Positions 1 through 11,338 of a stretch of DNA of 64,000 bases are shown piece after piece. Origin of the DNA: Utricularia gibba (lineage: Eukaryota > Plantae > Magnoliophyta); contig NEEC01000024.1 of assembly GCA_002189035.1 (NCBI GenBank), positions 434,001-498,000 of the forward strand. The letters run 5' to 3'. The notes beneath the pieces were generated by a model, which had not been told where the DNA came from, did not search any database, and worked only from the letters and a program-made list of their open reading frames with translations. The position numbers and the translations under genes are program-made. Position 1 is the first letter of the stretch. Each line of letters begins with the position of its first letter.

Positions 1-823
1 GGAATGCAACCCATCTAAGGAAATTCTGTGTGTAAGCACCTTTGTTATCGACTCCTATTTCGTACTTTATCAATCTTGGTATTTTCTATCTTGAGGCTTT
101 CAAGTAATTCCTCCGTAAAGGGAATGTATAACGCAATAGCAAAGCCCTAGCCAAGTCATGTAAGCCCAAGCAAACCATCTAAGTCTACACCCCCCGATGG
201 GCACAGCAAACCAACTCGGGGCTCACAGTATTTGATCCCCTAAACCCAGGCACCATGGAAAAGGGTAAGCCCTAGCACAATTTGGGCCCCGGTTTCGGTA
301 ACCACACGCGCGGGCCCTGAAAAAGCCCTTAAAGTACGAACTTTACTACCGAATCTCGAGACGGCAAGAGCACCCAAAGCAAATCTGCCCATGTTTTTAA
401 ACCATAGGGTTTCGGCCAGAAGAGGGGCCACTCGGATTGCGGAAGTTGTGCAACCCATGAGGGGTTTCGATCTGCTTCCCTAGCAGCAGTTCGGCTCATG
501 TAAGGAAAGGTTAAGACAAATAAAAGTTGAAAAGCCCAGCCAGACGGTTGGCAAAAAAACACAACTTTCAAATCGGGAAAGTTAATCAAAGTAAATACGA
601 AGGGGGAAAGTGTTCCCAAAACAAATAAAACCAAGTCCCGAAACTAGGGCAAATCCAAACTGTTCGAACCCTAAATCATGGGAAAAAATACTACTTCTAG
701 AAGAAAAAAATCTAAGATAGAGGATCGGTGGAGGGACGACATGTCCCTCTAGCCTTGCTCTCAGCTTGGCCTCATTCTACCACTGGATCCTAACCTGAAT
801 TAGCACTATTAGGCGCTCTCGAT

Positions 824-1900
824 CTACTCCAAACCTGAATTCCGGGGCTTCAAACACATCCAGCATATTCTCACTTCTTTGTCAAGGGGTAGTGATTGAT
901 AGCCAAAATGTCCGGCTAAATTGATGCCTCTACGGTAGAAGAGCAGGCCAATTAGATCCCCCACATAAATGTCAGAGAGCTCGGCAAAGCAAGCCGAGTC
1001 AACAAAGTTGTCGAGGAGCAAAAATGCGATCTTGAGCATGCTTCAACTCCAACTCGGTTTCTTCAAACCTAACTTTAGGAACCGGATCAAAGGGGATGGG
1101 GATTATCGAGTCAGAAGTAAGAGGTGCTGCCGAGTTAGAGGGAATGTTGTGTGGAGATTGCAAGAGATGTTGGTACTCTAACTCAAAACTAGGAGGAATG
1201 ATGAAATCAAGCCACTGTACATCTCGATTGCGACCGAGAATCCCACAGGCCGATAAGGAATCTCGTGAAAGCATCAAGGCCCGAGACTTGAACCTAACAA
1301 AACATTCACCAAGTCTGCGATATACATCCCTACGTGACTCATTCGAGGGATGGAATCGGCCAAATGGTTTAAATTTTAAAGAAGAAGGGGGCTTCACCGG
1401 AAAATTCCATCTGGCACCCAACGAAGGAGCAATCCAAATAAAGGAAGGCCACTAGTCATGGTGGGTATCAGGGGCTTGAGGGCAAAGTCAAGGTGATCTT
1501 CAAATCAGCGGAATTAAAAGTGAGAAAAACCATGCATCGCGCGTTTAGCCTTACGGACCGCAACCTTGAAGAGTTGGAAGGAGTCCACTAGGGTCATACC
1601 CGTGTCCATACCTGCCGAATAAAAAAGGAAGGTAGTGAAGCAGAAAATCGAGTTTGGGGATAGGCAATAAAGTGGAATGGCAAATATGTCCAGAAATTGG
1701 ATGATAAGAGGGTGAAGCGGAAAGCGAAGACCACTTTCCAGATAAGCTATGAGAATTGGGAGACTAAAATGGGGAAGGGGTCGTTCTCCCACACCCCAAG
1801 GTATTTGGCTGTCCTTGGCCTGGCTGACAACATAGTTATCAAGGATCGAGTACTTAGCCCGAATAGCAGGAATGTTCAACTCGCTAGACTTCCTACCCAT
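824..1900 (-). pseudogene. Tat antisense accessory gene, copy 1 (internally deleted)
   Basis: ORF 1514..1900 (MGRKSSELNIP...YLESGLRFPLHPLIIQFL...LSPNSIFCF) is homologous to 32931 onward and resembles the Transposase_28/putative gypsy domain. ORF 999..1421 jumps from IPIPF to KVRFEE (about 1 kb deleted). ORF 824..1039 holds the C-terminal motif DNFVDSACFAELSDIYVGDLIGLL. Confidence 0.75.
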
Positions 1901-2232
1901 CTCGACTGAGGAAATCAGAAAACAGAAGAACTCAAAATAGGAGAAGAAAAACCCTAGGGGAAATGGAGGCCCAAAAAAATCATGAAACCCGCTGAAATTG
2001 AACGAAACCTCCTGAAACAGTCAATAGTTATCTCTCAGCAGGACCATGAGTATAGGAACCAGGTGCAAAAAGTAGGCGACACCTATAGATTTTGGTCAAA
2101 TCGGCTCTACCTATAAATATGAAGAAGTTTGAGGAAAAGAGGGTTGGACTCTCAACCTTCTACTTGTAATTCTTTTTTCTCCTCTAGTAAAACACCTTTT
2201 CCGATGTGCTTCCTTACTCCGAAGTTTTCCCG

Positions 2233-3377
2233 TGATAAGTGATTTTGTGTCGTTCCAAAAATTGTTCTTCCACTACTCTTGAGTGTTGTTTTTCCTTATC
2301 TTAGACTCCACTTTCTCATTATTCTCAATTGATTTTGTATCTTTGACACTACTTTGATCTTTTTGAAGAGAATGTGTATTTTGTGGATTTTTAGGGTACT
2401 TTTGGATCAATTTGAGGAGAAATCAAGACCCACCAAATTATGGACTTGATGGGCCACGAATCTCAGCCCAAGACTCGGTCAAATGATGAAGATTTGGTCC
2501 AAGATTCATGGATAAAATAGAGATATGAAGAAGATTTTCGAAGATTTGGATAAAAGATTTGGATAGAAGATCTTATCCAAGCCCATCGAATAAACTCAAT
2601 ATGAAGACTTGGTCTACTCTCCTATAAATACTCCACCCTCTCAACCATTAGAGACGTCTTTGACCACTTTTCCTTTGTACTTTTCCTATTTTCGTGTCTA
2701 TTTTCATGTTAGAGTCAAGTCTGCGCGTGTAGGCGCTTGCGGCTGAGGATCTGCGGTGAAGCTTTGCTTGCGCAAGTCCTGCGCGTGTGACTGTTTTACT
2801 ATGTTTTTCGACATTTAAATTGAGGTTTGATTCTGTTTTTCGCAACATTTTCTTACCAACGTGATCTTTAGTATCACATAACTCGAAGGGAGTGTGAGAG
2901 AGTCAAAGGTTGGCCTCAAGCACCTAAGGAGAAGGGCTCAATCGGACATCGTTGGTAAGGCACATTCTGTCTAATGCATCTGCGAGGTGTGAGGTGTAGG
3001 GGTCAGATTTGGGTGTGGGGAAAACATGGGCTATCACAAGAGGTGAAATGGCTCTGGTGGCGTGGTTGATTCCATAATCCCACAAAACAAGGGACGGTGC
3101 TATAACGGTCACCGAGTAGCACTACTTTAGAATAACACCCCAGAGTTTGCGCAAGCAGGTCAGACTTCAAGCTTACTTGAAACAAGGACGAGTTTCAAGT
3201 AAGCTGGATCTTAAATCCAATGCCACTTTCCTTATTGTTTTCAAAACTAAATCTTTCTTTTGTTTTGAGTCTTTTTAAGTCTCTATTTTGAAAAGAAAAT
3301 TCCAATAATAATTCCCTGTGGATACGATCTTATTTTATTACTTCGACAGTTTCTGTGCACTTGCAGAATCACCATCA
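2233..3377 (+). mobile_element. Solo LTR, Athila-type family C (1145 bp)
   Basis: Starts TGATAAGTG and ends CACCATCA, with a perfect TSD TCCCG (2228..2232 / 3378..3382). Homologous to 4202..5385 and 45240..46430. Confidence 0.93.
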
Positions 3378-3679
3378 TCCCGTCTACCGGTGGTTTTCAC
3401 GTAAAAATCCTTGTCTCATTTTATTTCTGGCATCCGTATAGCAATCCCCAAACCCGCAACACACGAACCGTATCTGAGAAATTCCGTTCCATCACCCAAA
3501 AATCGGCTATCTTCAGTAAAATCGATTTCCAACCAAAACACATTCAATTCTTCTTCTATCTTCTCATGGTGTGGTGAGTGTGGAGTTCCTTGTTATGATT
3601 TCTTTCATTGATAAAGCACAACAGGTGGTTGCTCCTTAAACCAAAGATGTTAACACAACAATTCTTGAGAGGGTATATC

Positions 3680-3835
3680 TAAGCCAAGAGCAATCAATAA
3701 CTTTTCCACAAAGAATTAGGTAATCTAACTATGATTCAAGTTACAAAATTGTTAAGTATTCAAAATTATGAAGATTGGAAACAAGGAGTTGAAATAGCTT
3801 TGGCTACAAAGAATAAATTTTGTTCCGTTGATATG
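3680..3835 (+). pseudogene. Ty1/copia gag N-terminal remnant
   Basis: Translation from 3731 gives MIQVTKLLSIQNYEDWKQGVEIALATKNKFCSVD, which fits the copia gag motif LV..L.G.NY..W...IAL.AKNKLGF.DG. Confidence 0.5.
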
Positions 3836-3970
3836 AGTCAATGGTGTAGCTAGAAGTGTTCATTTTTTCAAATAAAAAATGCAAATATATACAAGTCATT
3901 AATATTAAAATAAAAGACATAATAATGATTTAGATGCATCCTCGTCTATTTATTTATTAATTTATTAATT

Positions 3971-4098
<128 letters not shown>

Positions 4099-4201
4099 AA
4101 TCATATTATGATATCTTCATTTAAAATAACATCAAATAGATTTTTTTTTTCTAATAAGTATAACTAGACAATCATTTCACTATTCATCCCTTATTCAATT
4201 C

Positions 4202-5385
4202 TGATGATAATTCTGCAAGTGCACAGAAACCGTCGAAGTAATAAAATAAGATCGTATCTACAGGGAATTGTTATTGGAATACTCTTTTCAAACAAATATT
4301 CAAAAAGACCGAAAACAAGAGAAATATTTGGTTTTGAAAAGAATAAGAAAAGTGGCATTGGATCTAAGATCCACCTTACTTGAAACTCGCCCTTGTGTGT
4401 GTGCAAACCTTGAAAGCTGACCTGCTTGCGCAAGCTTTGGGGTTGTTATGCTAAAATAGTTAGTCGGTGACCATTATAGCACCGTCCCTTGTTTTGTGGG
4501 ATAATGGAATTAACCACGCCACCAAAGCCATTTCACCTCTTGTGATAACCCATGTTTTCCCCACACCCGAATCTAACCCCTACACCTCTCACCTCGCAGA
4601 CAAATTAGACAGAATGTGCCTTACCAACGATGTCTGATTGAGTCCTTCTCCTTAGGTGCTTGAGGCCAACCTTTGATTCCCACACTTCCTTAGGGCTATA
4701 TGGTACTAAAGATCACGTTGGTAAAGAAAATGTTGCGAAAAACAGAATCAAACCTCAAATTAAATGCTGAAAAACATGGTAAAACAGTCACACGCGTAGA
4801 ACTTGCGCAAGCAAGGCTGCACAGCAGATCGTCAGCCGCAAGCGCTCACATGCGCATGCTTGACTCTAAACAACAAAAGTTGATGAAAAACGAAGGGAAA
4901 GGAATCCAAAACATGCTAGACTCGACTCTAAACCCTAGATTGACTCTCTGGTCGTCCACCATGTTGATCTCCTCTAGGTTTTCGCGTTTGGATCTTTATA
5001 TAATGGTGGGGATTTGTCGGGCTTTCTTGATGTCACATCAAATCTTCTATTCGAATCTTCTAAGATTTGATACAAATCTTCTAGGATGAGATCCAAGTTT
5101 TCCAAGATAAGATGTGAATCTTATTTTATCCGAGAATCTTTGACCGAGTCTTCATTCGGATAGATCAAATCTTAGCCTCCATCAAAGTAGCTCGAAAATC
5201 TTCCAAATTATTCTAAATTCATCCTGAAAAATCACAAAACACACTTTCCCTCCAAAAAGATCAAAGTGGTATGAAAGATATAAAATTCTTCTAGAAACAT
5301 AAGGAAAGTGAGATCAAAAGAATGCAAAACTCATCTAAGTGAGTCCTAAAAAGTACAAATATAAATGACACAAAATCACTTATCA
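4202..5385 (-). mobile_element. Solo LTR, Athila-type family C (1184 bp)
   Basis: Reverse-complement homolog of 2233..3377 with TG..CA ends. TSD AATTC/GATTC (1 mismatch). Confidence 0.88.
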
Positions 5386-5439
5386 GATTCCTCAATTGAT
5401 TTTTTGTACATATCGTTGTAGAAAAATGGGTGTTCTACT

Positions 5440-5560
5440 ATTAACCACTACTAAGATCAATGATAACTTGATAACATCCTTTTTGAAGATATTCTCTTTT
5501 TATTTCATCTATTTGATTCACATCATAATCTCATGTACTTCTTCTCAAAAAGATATTTGA
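5440..5560 (-). pseudogene. hAT transposase N-terminal remnant (TTF-type/ZMYM1-like)
   Basis: Minus strand reads FLRRST*DYDVNQIDEIKREYLQKGCYQ, matching the plant hAT motif R..IWDY..NQ.DEIRR.YL.KGP.Q. The stop is a probable TGG>TGA change. Confidence 0.55.
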
Positions 5561-5995
5561 TCCACTATTATGTCACTATTTGGTAATTATTTATAAAAGA
5601 AAATCAATTTGCAAAATCAACTACATCTTTTTGAGTAGATTTGGAATCTCTGGATTCCTTTGATATTTTATGCAAATGTCTTCTCATTAGAAATTATGTA
5701 TAAATAATTAAGAGTGAAAAATCAATATTATAGGAATACAAATTAACAATGTAATTAAGAAAGAATATAATTAACATATCTTTTCATTTGAATTTCTATA
5801 TCAATTATGTATAAACAATCAACTACTATAATAAATCAATAAAAACAATTCAGTTTTCTAACAACATCTATGCTTACTCACAAAAAACTATTCTAAAGAA
5901 ATTAAGTAAAAAGTATTCAAACTAAATAATAATTTACTAATAATCAACGAATTGACGAATAACAATACAACAAGATATAAACTTTAAAATAGATT

Positions 5996-6451
5996 TGTTT
6001 CGGCCAAAAATTGGTTCTGTTGGGAGAAATCGATTTTTCGATTGCAGAATGGGTTTGTTAGAATCTGATTCGGACTATACTGGTTTATGTGTTAAGATGA
6101 TGAAAGAAATGAGAAAACACAAGGGTTTTTATGTGAAAACCGCTTGGAGACAGAAAAACCAATGAGTTGTTGGAGTTCACTGGAAAAGTGGGTTTCACTA
6201 ACTGAGAGGAAGTGAAGGATACAAGTGAGAAAGTAGAGAGTTTAACATTTTTTTCTTCAAAATTCCTCATATTTATAGGGAGAGCCGATCCAACCGAATT
6301 CTACAGGTGTCATTTACTTTCTTCACTTGGTAGCCATACACATGGTCTTGTTGATAGATAGCTGCCGACTGTTCTGATATTTCTGTAATTCGACTACTTT
6401 TCAAACTCTATCAAAAAATGACCGCCGTTATCTAGTTCTGACTAAAAAACA
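5996..6451 (-). mobile_element. Candidate Tat-family solo LTR (about 456 bp)
   Basis: TG..CA ends and shared blocks with 25159..25666 (ttttatgtgaaaaccgc; atttatagggagagccgatccaaccgaattct). The flanks AGATT/AGACA match only 3/5. Confidence 0.6.
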
Positions 6452-6636
6452 AGACAAAATCTAATGAGAGCATTATTCCTTTGAATCCAACAGAATATTC
6501 TTATGGCAAATGGTTAAGAGCTAATTGTCTAGTGAGATCTTGACTTCTGAATTCTATTTCCAAGGACTTGGTAAATGATTTTACGAAAATGCTTAATGTT
6601 ATAACTTATGATCTACAATGCACTATGATTATGATG

Positions 6637-8106
6637 TGATGACACACATTTTCTCTGAATTTTATACAAAATGGTTATGTTTTATTGTGATTAAGGTTAG
6701 GTTTATGTGGTTTTTTATATTTTATGTGTGTTTATGTTAATTTTGTGTGTTTATGTTCAAAAGTGGACTAAATCCTTTGATTTAGTCCATCACCTTTGTT
6801 ACTAATGTTTGACAAAGTTCAGCAGAGAGATTAGCAACAAAAATCAGACTTACAAACGTGTGGAATAAGTAAAAAATGGCACAACATCCAAAGAGATACA
6901 AAGAGCACTATTCTGGAATAAGTAGAAAATGGCACAACATCCAAAGAGAGACAAAGAGCACTATTCTGTAATAAGTAGAAAATGGCACAACGTGTGGACT
7001 ATTGTTCTCGGCCTACAATCTGCAAGTTCAGGGCGAGAATAATGCTGGTGTCAGGAACAGTGCAATGGAGTAAAGGAGGGGAGATATTTTTCGAAAAAGG
7101 GGAGAGCGGGAAGAACACAGGCGAACAAAGAGTGCACACAAGGGGGCTTCCCCTCAGGGGAGAAGGAACACAAAGAACAACAACCAGAGGAGGAGAAGAG
7201 GAGATTCATCCTCAAGAACAGCATCAAAGCCCAGTCCAGCGCTAACGTTCCGGCCTATGAACAGTAGCAGATGGAAACCAGAACTCTTACTACTTTATTT
7301 TCATTTGTTGATGTTTTCAGTTTCTGTAACCAACTCTTTCACGATCTTCTTGGCATTTTCGTTGCTTTATGTTAATGTTACCATGTTTTAACTCCAAAGT
7401 ATGAGTAGCTAGAACCCTAGGGATATCTTAAGGTAAAGCATGGTGGTGTGGATCTAGGATTCTTAATAAAATTCATCATTGTTTCTTAGCTCTTGTTTCT
7501 ATCAATCCATGGGTAGACCTAAGGAGGGGAACAAGTAGCTTCACAACTAAGATGTTTGGTTTAGAGGTATACTAATAAATCAAGACGGGAGAAGTAGGTG
7601 TTAATTCGGGGTAGAACCAGTAGAACCGAGTAGACCTAGTTCTATACACTTTGCATGTGGTTGAACCTAATTGCAATGCTGGTGATGATATTAGGAACTA
7701 GCTTTGCCGAATATATGATGAATGACCTAGGTAGACTTAGGTTATTTGAATTTGTGAGTGTGGAAACATGGTAAATTAAATTAGGCATTTTAACACCATG
7801 CCACCTACAGACCGTTAAGACATCTTAGTAGTACTCTGAGTTAGAACCAGTATTTGTTACCTTTGGCGTTGAGACTTGAACTTGTTCATTGAACTTCCTT
7901 ACTGCTGTTAGTTTGAGCCTAAGAACTACTGCTATTCCGAATTATGCATCTGTTGAAACACTTAACAAGCACAAGCTCCTTGTAATCGACCCCGAAATCC
8001 ACTATGCAAATTTTCTAAATTTGTGTTTTGTGTAGATTAGGGCTTTTAAATTTATTTGATGCAAAATTTTATTTTTTCAACGACATTAGGAAATTTCCGT
8101 TTATCA
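6637..8106 (+). mobile_element. Solo LTR, Athila-type family B (1470 bp)
   Basis: Starts TGATGACAC and ends CCGTTTATCA. TSD TGATG/TAATG (1 mismatch). Homologous in reverse to 40213..41120 and 52434..57000. Confidence 0.82.
6861..6991. repeat. 53-bp tandem repeat (about 2.5 copies) inside the family B LTR
   Basis: tggaataagta(a/g)aaaatggcacaac recurs at 6861, 6914 and 6967. Confidence 0.9.
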
Positions 8107-9558
8107 TAATGAACCAAGAAAACAAAATGACCACCGAGTGTTATAGACATTTGACTATAGATGCTCTATTGCCATTGTGTTTTTCTTGTGCAAATTGTCC
8201 CACATGTCATGAGTTTGAATTATTCTTGAGACTTGGACAATTTCTTCATGAGCGCAAAAATAATCTTCACTATAAAAAAGTTTATTTGATCATGTTAGAT
8301 CCTCCGTTGACTATGGACAAAACATACTCTATTTGGCAACAAGAGAAGCGTAGATTGTCATAAATGGAGTTTTATATTTCAACTAAATCAACATTACAAG
8401 TGATAGGACAAGCATATATAATTCTTATATGAGAAAAATAAAAACTAAAAGCAAGAGAGGTTTGTAGATTCCTGAACATATGCAATCAGTGTCAATCGTA
8501 GAAGAAAATGTAGTATTTGGCTTTTAGGAATATGAAGCATCCCTCACTCAACTTATGCAATTGGAGAGATTAAAAGGTTTATAAAATTAAACATTGACCC
8601 TACAAAATTAAATCTGATTTATTTTCAAAACTTTGAAGGCACTTACTTTACTTCTAACACTACACTTAAATCTTGGTTCAAGCTATATCACACTTATGTT
8701 TTGACAAATCACTCTTTTATGAGTTAAGTACACTTCCTACTATAATTCTGCTTTTTCTTATGAATGACTCAGTACACTGTTTTACCCATCACGGAAGCAC
8801 TTATCTGGATGATTCCCTAAATATTTCTAATATCCTCTTTGTACCAAATTTCAAATAAAACGCTTTTTCCAACCTGAAATTTTTAAAGTCTCATCACACC
8901 TAATTTATATTGATTGGTTCTTTGTGTATAATGTAGGATTGACACACTAAAATTCTTAAGTCCATCAGCCGTATGTGAGGATATCTCTATATTTTAGATT
9001 TCTAGTTCTCTACTTTTCATATATTGTTTTTATATAATAATGTTTTTGCAAACATGTTACCACATGAAGTTATCAACTTTTTCTAAAATTTTTTAATACT
9101 TTATTCAATTTCAACCTCAAATTCTACTATATTTTAGTATTATTATATAGATCATATCTCCAATTTTAAGGCATCACATATTCCTTTCCCTTGCTCCATT
9201 AGAAATTTTTCTTGTGATGTGTGTGAGTATGTAAAATTTCATAAACTTCATTTTTCTCCTAGTCTTGGAATTACTTCGTTATGATATTTGTGCTCCTTAA
9301 CAAACAGATGCTATGTATAGAACTCTTTATCACCATCTTTAATGATTTCTCTTTATGAACTTGTTCATCTTTTGAAAAACAAGAAAAATTTATACTGAAA
9401 ATAACCTACTTTTATATGTACTTCCAATCATCAATTCTTATGATTCATTCTAATAATAAAAATGAATTTTGAAATGACAAGATTAAAGCTCTTTATCATG
9501 AACTTCGCTTTACTTAACATATCTCTTGTCATTGTACACTTGAAAAAAAGACAAGCAT

Positions 9559-11338
9559 TGATAAACGAAAAATTAGTGCAAGTCGTTAAATTGCAATTTT
9601 TCCTATCAAATAAATTTATAACCTAACATACATTCAAGCATAATATAATTATGAGCACAGTGGTAAGGGTCGAACACAAAGAGCAGGCGCTTGTCATGTG
9701 AGAGTTAATGCATGAAATCAGTGTCACGTTGGTAGATTTGGTCTTAACTAGAACTAAGGCAAAACTACGATAGAATGCAGTAAAAAAAAATAGCAAGCTT
9801 GGGACTCGGTGGTTTATAATATGAAATGGGTGATGCCTTGGGATTTCTAGTGGATGTATGCTTATTACTAAACAAACTTACACAAACCATAAATCATACA
9901 AGTAACTCACAAGATCTAGGTCTACCCGTACTCTTCTTTTCCCCCTAATTTTTGGTCTACCTCTAATTAGAATTGTTAAACTGGGTTTCACTATTTCTCC
10001 CTCTTGAATCTATCCTGGTTTGTTAAATAAGTGGCATGACTTATGATTGATTAGGTTTAAAGATTGATTAGCACATCTACCCCCTTTCACCCCAAGACAC
10101 CCCCCTAAGTGCTTAGCCACCCATGCCAAAAGAAAGGAAAACGTTTTCATAGCATATCATAAGCAACATTCTGGCTTCAAAGTTAAACAACAACAAGCAA
10201 TGCATAATAGAAATAGAAAAGATAAATTGTTCACGTAGTAAATCTAAAACTAGTCTTAGCTAGGAATAGTATGCATCAAGAACGAAAGTAAATCTTCGAA
10301 GAGAATTGGTTCTTCAAGGTCGTCGTCCCCTTCCTTCTTCTACCCCGAAAAATTTCCAGAAAACGTGTCTTGAGTCTCCAATGGGGAGATTTGCTCTTTT
10401 TTCTCTGAACGGACCCTCTAATCTATAGAGATTAGCAACCCACGAACAAGAGGTGATTTTGAAGCTTAGAAGGGAACCCACCCAAGTCTACCCTCAAGAG
10501 AATGAATCACTTGCAACCAGACTTCGAAACAAAGAAAATTAGGAGCCACACTTCAGAAAAGAGAGAGGGATTGGAAGTGATAATCCTAGGACGCCACAAG
10601 CTCAAAGCTTGATAAGTTAAGAGTATTCAAGCACTCAAAGAAGAGGATAATCCTCACAACATACATGAAAATGACTAAAGGTCCTGAAAGAGTACAACTC
10701 TAGAGTATTTATACTCTAGGATTGGGCTCTAACATTACTTGGCCCAAACTTAATTAAATAGAAAAGTCTAACAAACCCAATGATCTAAGATAAATCCAAC
10801 TTCAAGTAGTTGAGCTCTTTTGATGGGATGTCTTCAAGCCCATGTTTGATTCCAATAGTATTTAGGAGAGCCTTAAGTGTATCTTCAAGTATCTTGCGCT
10901 TGCTCTTAGTCATTAGTCCTGGTGGAATGATCTTTGTCTCTAATGTGTTCATTTGGACAAACTCCTTATCATTCTTCAAATACACTTCATTATCCTCTTG
11001 GGGCTCATCATTCTCTATCCTCTCCCCTTTTTTTTCCAAAATCTCACTTTTCATCTCCTTGGATTTTGTGTGTACTCCTTTTCAGACTTCTGCCACCTTC
11101 TCTACCACTACAATGTTCATATTCGACTCCTTGGGATTTGTGTTGCGACCTGTGCTGCATTGCTCGAAGGAAACTATTAGAAGGTTGGGACTAAATCTGA
11201 TTTAGTCCCAACTAAGACTAAAATAACACTACTACAACACTATGCGCAAAAATATGGAACTAGGCAATAAAACTTGATTTTCATAGCACAATATGAATCT
11301 TTTCCATTTACTCAATCATTCAGAAATATGTGTCATCA
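9559..11338 (-). mobile_element. Solo LTR, Athila-type family D, carrying a nested solo LTR
   Basis: TG..CA ends and perfect TSD AGCAT (9554..9558 / 11339..11343). Removing the 605-bp insert and its 5-bp TSD leaves 1170 bp, matching the family D copies of 1169 and 1168 bp. Confidence 0.92.
10406..11010 (-). mobile_element. Solo LTR, CRM-like chromovirus (605 bp)
   Basis: Minus strand starts TGATGAGC and ends GTTCA, with a perfect TSD TTCTC. It contains an open frame with PPGLMTKSKRKILEDTLKALL, similar to the CR-motif GP.TR.RAK.L..AL that CRM integrase ORFs extend into the 3' LTR. Confidence 0.75.

Larger units (their letters stand above)
1..3540 (+). mobile_element. 3' part of a Tat-clade Ty3/gypsy retrotransposon (spacer, antisense gene, 3' LTR), LTR interrupted by a solo LTR at 2233..3377
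   Basis: 200..560 is the reverse complement of the Tat spacer at 51500..51830 and 35420..35560. The LTR has TATAAATA at 2112..2119 and ends ...aaccaaaaCA at 3540. 3385..3415 matches the reverse complement of 32625..32655. The exact LTR start was not resolved. Confidence 0.75.
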
